Source of the DNA: an uncultured bacterium
Lineage (GTDB): Bacteria > Desulfobacterota_D > UBA1144 > Nemesobacterales > UBA2774
Direction: 5' to 3'
NCBI GenBank assembly: GCA_963705505.1
Contig: CAVPJU010000003.1
Location: forward strand, 24,021-88,020
DNA length: 64,000 bases
Part shown: piece by piece, positions 57,373 through 64,000 of the stretch
Numbering within the stretch: the stretch's first letter is position 1
Layout of the letters: each line of letters starts with the position of its first letter
Notes under the pieces: generated by a model
The model's database searches: none
The model's input: the letters and a program-made list of their open reading frames with translations, nothing else
What the model was told of the DNA's origin: nothing
Translations under genes and position numbers: made by a program

Positions 57373-59850
57373 ATGAAATCGTTATACCGGAATTGCTATG
57401 GCAAAGAAAACTGGACATATGATATGAACCCGAAAACGTCCCGCATCCGTCTCGCGCTGCTGATTATCCTGTCGATATCGGCGGTATGTGTTTCCATGCC
57501 GTTCGCATCGGTATCCGGGGAAAACCCCGCGAAGCCGGAAGAAACTGTCGTCGTGCTTGAGGAATGGCAGGTAAAAGGGCTCACCGGAGCCTTGCAAGAC
57601 CCGAATCCCGCGGTCGTGCAAAAGGCGATAGGGGAGCTTGCCAAAACCAAGAAAAGGAGCGATATCCCCGAGCTCCCCGGGCTGCTGAAGGATAAGGATA
57701 TTCAGGTCCGTAAAGCCGCATTGATGGCTGCCGGGGGGATGGGGGCATCTTCAAAAGACCTCCTTCCTCAGATCGTTGAGAATCTGGGCGACAGTAACGA
57801 TAGCATCCGCTACAACGCGGTGGCGGCCCTCAGTAAAATCGGCGGCTTGAATTCGAAACAGACCCAGTCGGTGATTCCGCTCCTGGGCGACAAGGACAAA
57901 TTGGTAAGCCTCGCGGCCGTCGAGGTGATCGCAAGTAATTCGAAGGCATCCGCTCAGCAGATACAGGCGGTAGTGCGTCTCCTGAATAATAAAAACCCCG
58001 ACACGCGCTCGGCTGCGGCAGCCGTGCTCGGCAAAATGGGGCCTGCGGGCTCGCGGCAGAGCGCCAAAATTGCAAGACTCCTCAAGGATGAGGACGAAGA
58101 GGTCAGGATAAGCGCAGTACGCGCTCTCGGGGCGTTCGGGGAATCCTCAAAACCCTACGCGAAGGAAATCGCCGGCTTATTAAGAGACAGGAGCGGGTAC
58201 ATAAGGCTCAGTGTTCTACAATCGCTCGGAAATATCGGCGACATACCGAAAGAGTCACGGTCCCTCGTAGTCGCGTTATTAAAGGACAGGGACAGGAGAG
58301 TCAACGACGAAGCTGCAAGAACTATAGGCAAGATCGGTAAAGGGAAAAGCGATACAGTGGACGCAGTCGTGTATCTGCTGAAAGACCTGAACACAAATGT
58401 GAGAATGAACGCGCTTAACGCACTGGGCGAGCTCGGAACCAGCGCCCAGGATAAAGCGCCCCGGGTAGCGGAGCTTCTTAACGACCCGGACCCTTTCGTA
58501 CGCATGTCGGCAATTAATGCTTTGGCTAAAATGGGGGAGCGCGGGAAAGCAGAGGCCCCTAAGATCGAGGAGCACGTCAGGGATCAAGACACGAGAGTCA
58601 GCTACAACGCGATCAGAGCGTTGAGCAAAATGGGGAAACAGGGGGAAAATTACACCGAAGTATTCATGGAGCTGCTCAAGTCCAATGATAAAGTAATCAG
58701 GTCCAACGCTGCCCTGGAAATTGCATCTGCGGGAGAGCTTACGAAACCCCAGTTGGAGCAAATCGTGGGGATGCTGAAAAACAGGGAAATAAAATTCCGC
58801 AGTACCGGGACATTCATTCTCGGCAAGATGGGAGAAAAGGCGGGGGACGCGGTGCCTTCCATTGCCGAGCTTCTGAAGGACCCGAACCCTGTGATAAGGT
58901 CTACGGCGCTCGATGCGCTGGGGAAGATAGGGCAGGCCTCAAGCGGCCAGGCACCCCAGATCGCTTCCATGCTGAACGACCCCGACGAGGACGTCCGCGC
59001 CAATGCCGCATGGGCTCTCGGACAAATCGGCCCCTCGGCCGAACCCGAGATTCCCGGGATTGCGAAACTATTGAAGGACAAATCGGTCAAGGTGCGGATC
59101 AATGCGGTGGACGCCTTGCTCAGTCTGGGTGAGCCGGCCCGGAATTATAATTCCGATATAGCCGCCCTTCTTAACGATGAGGACGAGAAAGTCAGGACTA
59201 TTACGGCGATTGCGCTCGGGAGGATGGGCCCTCGAGCGGCGGACCAGGCTCCGAAGCTCGGTGAATTCATAAAAACCCGGAACGACGGCAAGCGGGAGAA
59301 CAGGAATAGCGTCAATGCAGGCCTCGAAGCACTGGGAAACATGGGGAACGCGGCGAGCGGACAAGCCGGAGTGGTCGTAGAAACCCTCAACAGCGAGAAA
59401 CAGATAATCCGTGTTACGGCAAGGGAAGCGCTCTGGAAAATGAGCCCCCTCGATAATAAGGCGGTGCTGGGAATACTCGCCGCCACATACAATAATCCGT
59501 CCGGCACCGACGATCTCAGACTGCTCGCACACTACGCCGGCGGAGGGGACGAGACAACCGAAATGCTTATAAAATGGGTAGGCGCCAATGCGGAAAAAGC
59601 ACCCGCCTCTATGGACAGAAAGGAGAGTGCGGAAGTGCTTAACCTTTATCTCGACAATTGGGAATACACCGGGGGGAACGTGAAAATGCGTGAGGATTTC
59701 GTTAACCGCATTTCGGGAGCGGTGGAAGCCGGGGAATGGACAAGGGAAGACCTCCCACTGTTGAAAAAGGCCGAGGAAACCCTGAAGTCCGGCAAATACG
59801 AAAACCAGGCTAACGCGATAAATGAGAAGATAGGAAAGGTGGAGGGATAG
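57373..59850 (+). CDS. Secreted HEAT/PBS-lyase-type repeat protein (825 aa)
   Basis: RBS AGGGGGA. Signal peptide, then about 20 repeats of roughly 31 aa each (D..VR..A..ALG.IG....P.L..LL.D.). Divergently transcribed from the zinc-ribbon gene. Confidence 0.7.
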   Translation: MKSLYRNCYGKENWTYDMNPKTSRIRLALLIILSISAVCVSMPFASVSGENPAKPEETVVVLEEWQVKGLTGALQDPNPAVVQKAIGELAKTKKRSDIPELPGLLKDKDIQVRKAALMAAGGMGASSKDLLPQIVENLGDSNDSIRYNAVAALSKIGGLNSKQTQSVIPLLGDKDKLVSLAAVEVIASNSKASAQQIQAVVRLLNNKNPDTRSAAAAVLGKMGPAGSRQSAKIARLLKDEDEEVRISAVRALGAFGESSKPYAKEIAGLLRDRSGYIRLSVLQSLGNIGDIPKESRSLVVALLKDRDRRVNDEAARTIGKIGKGKSDTVDAVVYLLKDLNTNVRMNALNALGELGTSAQDKAPRVAELLNDPDPFVRMSAINALAKMGERGKAEAPKIEEHVRDQDTRVSYNAIRALSKMGKQGENYTEVFMELLKSNDKVIRSNAALEIASAGELTKPQLEQIVGMLKNREIKFRSTGTFILGKMGEKAGDAVPSIAELLKDPNPVIRSTALDALGKIGQASSGQAPQIASMLNDPDEDVRANAAWALGQIGPSAEPEIPGIAKLLKDKSVKVRINAVDALLSLGEPARNYNSDIAALLNDEDEKVRTITAIALGRMGPRAADQAPKLGEFIKTRNDGKRENRNSVNAGLEALGNMGNAASGQAGVVVETLNSEKQIIRVTAREALWKMSPLDNKAVLGILAATYNNPSGTDDLRLLAHYAGGGDETTEMLIKWVGANAEKAPASMDRKESAEVLNLYLDNWEYTGGNVKMREDFVNRISGAVEAGEWTREDLPLLKKAEETLKSGKYENQANAINEKIGKVEG

Positions 59851-60015
59851 AGTCGGCAGTATTGCCCGGTGCCCGGTACGAAAGAGGGCATGCAAAACAA
59901 GCGTTTTTTTCAGGTATGATTCCCACCTTAACGAATGACGCGTTATTTCGTCGAACCCGAAAACTCCGATAACGCCGATGTAACCTCAAGACCTTAGGGA
60001 AAGAAGAGAGACTTT

Positions 60016-61263
60016 ATGTTCGGGAAAAAGATATTCTACGGCTGGTACATCGTCGCGGCTTCCCTGGTAATTATCATACTCGACGGTCTCCTCCTCTACT
60101 CCTTCGGCGTATTCCTGCCATATCTCAACAAAGACTTCGGACTCACGACCGCAGCAGGCTCATCGCTCTTCTCTTTCAGGTCTCTCGTCCAGGCGCCTTG
60201 CTTCATACTCGCCGGGAGGCTCATAGACAAATTCGACCCCAGGGCCGTAATCTTCGGCGGCGGGGCGATCGCCGCGGCCGGAATGATCTTCTCCGGGCTC
60301 GCGGTAACCACGTGGCAGCTTTACATCTCCTACGGATTTTTCGTCGGGTTGGGGGACGCGGTCTTATACATAACCTGCGTAGCTCTCGTGAGCAGATGGT
60401 TCGTAAAGAAACGGGCCCTCGCCATAGGGATCATAACGACGGGCGTCCCGCTCAGCGGGCTCATAACCAACCCCCTCACGGCATGGCTGATACACTCGTT
60501 CGGCGTCAGAAATGCCCTCTTTTCGTTAGGCGGCCTCATGATTACGGTGCTGATGGCGGCTTTCGTATTGAGGTCGCGCCCCGAAGATAAGAACCTCAAG
60601 CCCTACGGGGAGGAAAACGGCGGACACGAAGAAATAGCCCGGGACAATAACACCGGCCTAAAGACTGATAAAAGGGACTGGACCGCGCTCGAAGCAATTT
60701 CAACACCGAACTACTGGCTCATGTACTCCGTGTACTTCCTCGGTTTCACTACGTTCCTGATTATCGTGACTCAGTACTACAACTTCGAGATCGATCTCCA
60801 CGTCCCCGCACTGGCCGCAGCGGGACCCCCTGCCGCCATAGGTCTCGGCAGCATAATCGGAAGGACGATTCTCTCCTCCATACTCGCGGAGTCTCTCGAA
60901 TACAGGAAAGTCATCCTGATATGCTTCTTAGCTCAGGGGAGCTCCATAATCCTCCTCCTCGTCTTCGACCATATCTGGGCGTTTTACCTCTTCGGGTTTC
61001 TTTTCGGATTCTTCTACAGCGCATGGGTGCCGATCTTCCCCACTCTTCTCGGGAAGTTTTTCGGACTGGGCGCCCTGGGCACGATATACGGGATATTCGG
61101 CACGTCCTACTCTATAGCCGCGATCGGCGGCCCCCTGCTTGCGGGATATGTCCATGACGTTACAGGAACCTATATGTACCCGTTCCTCTTCACCATACTC
61201 TGCTGCTACCTCGCGGCTGCGGGCGCCTTTTTCATAAAGACACCCGTCCGCAAACCTGCCTGA
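60016..61263 (+). CDS. Major facilitator superfamily transporter (oxalate/formate antiporter-like)
   Basis: 12 predicted TM helices with MFS motif positions after TM2 and TM8. Confidence 0.75.
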   Translation: MFGKKIFYGWYIVAASLVIIILDGLLLYSFGVFLPYLNKDFGLTTAAGSSLFSFRSLVQAPCFILAGRLIDKFDPRAVIFGGGAIAAAGMIFSGLAVTTWQLYISYGFFVGLGDAVLYITCVALVSRWFVKKRALAIGIITTGVPLSGLITNPLTAWLIHSFGVRNALFSLGGLMITVLMAAFVLRSRPEDKNLKPYGEENGGHEEIARDNNTGLKTDKRDWTALEAISTPNYWLMYSVYFLGFTTFLIIVTQYYNFEIDLHVPALAAAGPPAAIGLGSIIGRTILSSILAESLEYRKVILICFLAQGSSIILLLVFDHIWAFYLFGFLFGFFYSAWVPIFPTLLGKFFGLGALGTIYGIFGTSYSIAAIGGPLLAGYVHDVTGTYMYPFLFTILCCYLAAAGAFFIKTPVRKPA

Positions 61264-61374
61264 TCCCGCAATTACAAAACCGGCCGGCGATTTTCTTTTA
61301 AGGCAAAAAACGGGTTCTATATAATCTGCCGGAATCAATTTGTCCCGGAAGAAATAAAATCTGGAGACGTTTAA

Positions 61375-62850
61375 TTGAGCAACGATACGGCGAGGCTCAT
61401 AAGGTCCGAAGGCGAAAGCTTACTCAGGGGGCTCTACGGGGAGCTGTTCATGAACCTTGCGGGCAGAAGGACAGAAGCCCGCACAGCGGACATTTACAAC
61501 GCCCACAGAGAGCTCCTCGAGCCCGAGCTCTTCATATCCCACAAAGGGGCCGCGCGTATAGAACAAAACCCGGGCGGCATGCTCATATCCTCGTTTCTGG
61601 CCGGTGCTTTCCTCGGGGGAAAGTGCTCGGGACTCACCGACAGGATACTGACCCTCGAGGCGGGTGAAGAATTCCGGGCGGGCGGCAGGAAAATTACAAT
61701 TCGATCTATGAAGGCAGAGATACTGTCCGAGCCGAAAAAACAAAAAAGGGTTGAAATCGGGAGCGGGAGCGGTGAAATATTAAACAGGCTCAACCCGCTC
61801 TACAGTCAAAAACTCGAGAAACTCACCGAATGCTCCGAGGCGCTCGGCTTCAGGAACTACGGAGAGCTAATAGACGCGACCGCAGGTCTCGGTATCTCGC
61901 GCCTTAAAGAGGAGGCGGGAAAGTTTCTCAAGGATACCGACTACATCGCGGGCGATATACTGAAGTGGTTTTTTATGAAAAAAATGGAATTGAATCCGAG
62001 AGACGCCTCTCTCGGCGATATGATTCACTTATTGAACTCAGCCGAGCTGAGGGGATATTTTCCGAAAGTCGATCCTGCGGTTTTCTCGAGAACCGTTCTC
62101 GATGGGATGTCTCTCTCTCCGGCTCACGAAACCAAATTCGACACGGAGAAAAGGAGAGGGAAAGCGACGGACGCTTTCTCAATTCCCGTGAACCCTCCGT
62201 TTGAGGCCGCCATATCCATATACCCCGCAGGCGGTATTCAGGATTACGAATCGTTACTGGGATGCCTCGGACACTCATTATGCTTCCTATTTACGGAACC
62301 CGGCGACGACTTCGAATTCTTATTCCTTAGAGACGAAACTCTCACCGATACATTCTCCCGGCTATTCGCGAATATGCTCTATGAACCGAAATGGCTGAGG
62401 AAGCATTTAAAAATCGATACGGACGGGGATTTCCTCAATTTTCTCTATCTTAGACGGCTCATGTCGGCAAGGCTCGACGCGGCGCGTGCGCTCTATGCAG
62501 GGGAGCTCTTCGGCGGCGGGGAGACGCGCGAGATGCCCGATTTGTTCTCTCAGATTATGGGAGACGCCGTGAAATGCAGCGTAAGCGGCAAAAGCTATCT
62601 CGCGGAATCCCTGTCTCCGGTCTGCTCGCCTTTCCGGTTTAAGGCCGAGCTTGCAGTGCCCGGGCTCCGTCATTTCATGATGGAATCGTTCGACGAGGAG
62701 TGGTGGAGGACGAAGGCGGCGGGGGATTTCATGAGAGGCATCTGGTCCGGCGGCGGCAGGATAACAGCCGACTCGCTTTTGACGAAATCAGGCTGTAAAG
62801 AGTCCGATTCGAAAATGCTAGTTCGGAATTTCGAAGATCCGCTCCGGTAA
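61375..62850 (+). CDS. Hypothetical protein, 491 aa; possibly a degenerate M3-peptidase-like fold lacking the HEXXH zinc motif
   Basis: TTG start with GGAGA 9 nt upstream. The segment GCLGHSLCFLFTEP sits where M3 peptidases carry HEXXH, but the Glu and second His are absent. The assignment is weak. Confidence 0.3.
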   Translation: MSNDTARLIRSEGESLLRGLYGELFMNLAGRRTEARTADIYNAHRELLEPELFISHKGAARIEQNPGGMLISSFLAGAFLGGKCSGLTDRILTLEAGEEFRAGGRKITIRSMKAEILSEPKKQKRVEIGSGSGEILNRLNPLYSQKLEKLTECSEALGFRNYGELIDATAGLGISRLKEEAGKFLKDTDYIAGDILKWFFMKKMELNPRDASLGDMIHLLNSAELRGYFPKVDPAVFSRTVLDGMSLSPAHETKFDTEKRRGKATDAFSIPVNPPFEAAISIYPAGGIQDYESLLGCLGHSLCFLFTEPGDDFEFLFLRDETLTDTFSRLFANMLYEPKWLRKHLKIDTDGDFLNFLYLRRLMSARLDAARALYAGELFGGGETREMPDLFSQIMGDAVKCSVSGKSYLAESLSPVCSPFRFKAELAVPGLRHFMMESFDEEWWRTKAAGDFMRGIWSGGGRITADSLLTKSGCKESDSKMLVRNFEDPLR

Positions 62851-62881
62851 GTCCGTTCCGTGGACGAAATCGACCGTCTGA

Positions 62882-63673
62882 TCAAGGGACAGACGCGTCG
62901 ATTTTTTTCCGGAGCTCTATCATGGGCTGCTGGCTTACCCTGATTGCGCCCGATAGGCTGCGGTCGAGGTCGGCGATCAGGTATATGACCGCCGAGAAAG
63001 TAAGGGCCAGGAGAATACTTATAATAAAGCTCCTGCCGCCCGTGATTCCGAACTCATACCCTACAGCGCCCATAGCGAGAACGGTTACAAAAATCAGTGC
63101 ATACCAGATGACGGCGGGAATGTGGTACATAAGTGCTACGGTTACTCTCTTCGTATGAAAATCTATTACCTCGTTGAGCGATTCTATGAAACTTGACGTG
63201 ATCTCCTGGTTCGGGGTCTTCGCCACCGCCTCCACCGCCCGGGACCATAGCTTATCCTGGATCTCCTCCGATTCAATTAACAACTCCTGGAGCCTCCCCG
63301 GTTCCGATAACCATGCCGCTCGGATATCCACGTAATCACGGAAAAGCTTTCTAATTTCCGTACGGTAGGGTTCGACTAAAAAATCTGTACGGAGAAATGA
63401 CGTCCCTATCGCGTTCACCTCATCGAGAAGCAGCTGCTTTCTGGTATCGAAACGTGAAGCCGATATTCCGAATGTGAAAGCCAGCATGAATGCGAGCAGT
63501 CCTAGGGTGGCGCCGACGATAGAACCTATAGGCCCCACTTCCTTGTCAGCAGAATGCCTCCTGTTATAGCAGCCTATCCTGTAGCCAAGGAAGACCGACA
63601 GAATAACGAGCAAAAATGAGCCTGTGAATACTCCCCATAGAGGAATTTCAGGCACTAGCGTATTAATATCCAT
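62882..63673 (-). CDS. DUF4239-family membrane protein
   Basis: RBS GGGAGG. One N-terminal TM helix, a helical cytoplasmic domain and two C-terminal TM helices, consistent with DUF4239 topology. Confidence 0.5.
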   Translation of the reverse strand: MDINTLVPEIPLWGVFTGSFLLVILSVFLGYRIGCYNRRHSADKEVGPIGSIVGATLGLLAFMLAFTFGISASRFDTRKQLLLDEVNAIGTSFLRTDFLVEPYRTEIRKLFRDYVDIRAAWLSEPGRLQELLIESEEIQDKLWSRAVEAVAKTPNQEITSSFIESLNEVIDFHTKRVTVALMYHIPAVIWYALIFVTVLAMGAVGYEFGITGGRSFIISILLALTFSAVIYLIADLDRSLSGAIRVSQQPMIELRKKIDASVP

Positions 63674-63701
63674 TTAATAGCCTCCCAGGACGCTCCGGGT
63701 C

Positions 63702-64000
63702 TCACGGGTTCAATATCACCTTTCCGAACTGGCTCCTGTCCTCGAGCATCTTCTGCGCCAGGGCCGCTTCCGAAAGCGGGAATTTCTTGTCTATCACCGG
63801 ACTGAGCCTGCCGAGCGACACGAGGTTGATGACGTTGATGAGATTACTCCTCGGCGCATTGAACACCGTAACACCCAGCACGGACAAATCCCTCACGATT
63901 ACGGGCCCGAAGTTAAATGTCGTCTGTCCTCCCCCGACTACGCCGATAAGGAGAAGCCTGCCCTTCATCTTAAGCGACTTGAGGTTGTTCTCCCAGACAG
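63702..64000 (-). CDS. C-terminal fragment of a zinc-type alcohol dehydrogenase/quinone oxidoreductase (MDR family); the gene continues beyond the window end
   Basis: The frame is open to nt 64000. The C-terminal peptide ...LLLIGVVGGG...RSQFGKVILNP resembles MDR-family C-termini. Confidence 0.5.
   Translation of the reverse strand, partial: VWENNLKSLKMKGRLLLIGVVGGGQTTFNFGPVIVRDLSVLGVTVFNAPRSNLINVINLVSLGRLSPVIDKKFPLSEAALAQKMLEDRSQFGKVILNP

Noticed and set aside
1-64000. Prophage or integrative element covering a large part of the window
   Set aside because: There is no integrase, transposase, terminase, capsid or tail gene, no tRNA target, and gene content is chromosomal housekeeping throughout. 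Only the 2-kb AT-rich patch at 39.6-41.9 kb looks acquired.

Overview
64 kb of high-GC (about 58%) bacterial chromosome, probably Gram-negative (TatA, an IPTL-CTERM sorting signal and a DUF3943 outer-membrane-type protein are present). I support about 50 protein genes, mostly energy, redox and membrane functions: a 5'-truncated NRAMP(MntH)-UspA fusion, a PAS/GAF hybrid histidine kinase, a GH63-like glycosidase, TrhO, split PntAA/PntAB/PntB transhydrogenase, a rhodanese-SufE-IscU-like sulfur operon, a CPA1 antiporter, NDH-2, MgtC, TatA, an orphan NuoF-like gene next to LhgO, an ECF sigma/anti-sigma pair beside a PspA-VWA-membrane operon, AspA, HisS, and giant TPR and HEAT repeat proteins. I found no rRNA, tRNA, CRISPR array, integrase or transposase. 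The most unusual items are: (1) a single 1415-aa ORF fusing malate synthase (N-terminus) to an ICL2-type isocitrate lyase (C-terminus), which would be a one-polypeptide glyoxylate shunt, with a clean sigma70-like promoter and an upstream palindrome; (2) a 2.1 kb AT-rich mosaic mini-island containing an AlbA_2/Schlafen-like gene between two identical 34-bp direct repeats, gene remnants and a 3' stub of a displaced host gene; (3) at least three families of short palindromic intergenic repeats (REP/MITE-like) at seven or more loci; (4) three genes (hisS, an IPTL-CTERM secreted protein and a DUF3943 protein) interrupted by single-base frame shifts, two at C4/C5 homopolymers and one in a window containing a G4 run, which suggests homopolymer sequencing error rather than real pseudogenes; (5) a promoter-to-terminator sRNA candidate carrying a CCUCCU anti-Shine-Dalgarno motif; (6) a PspA(IM30)-VWA-polytopic membrane protein operon immediately downstream of an ECF sigma/anti-sigma pair. 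All calls come from reading the sequence and the supplied ORF translations against remembered family signatures. No database search was run.
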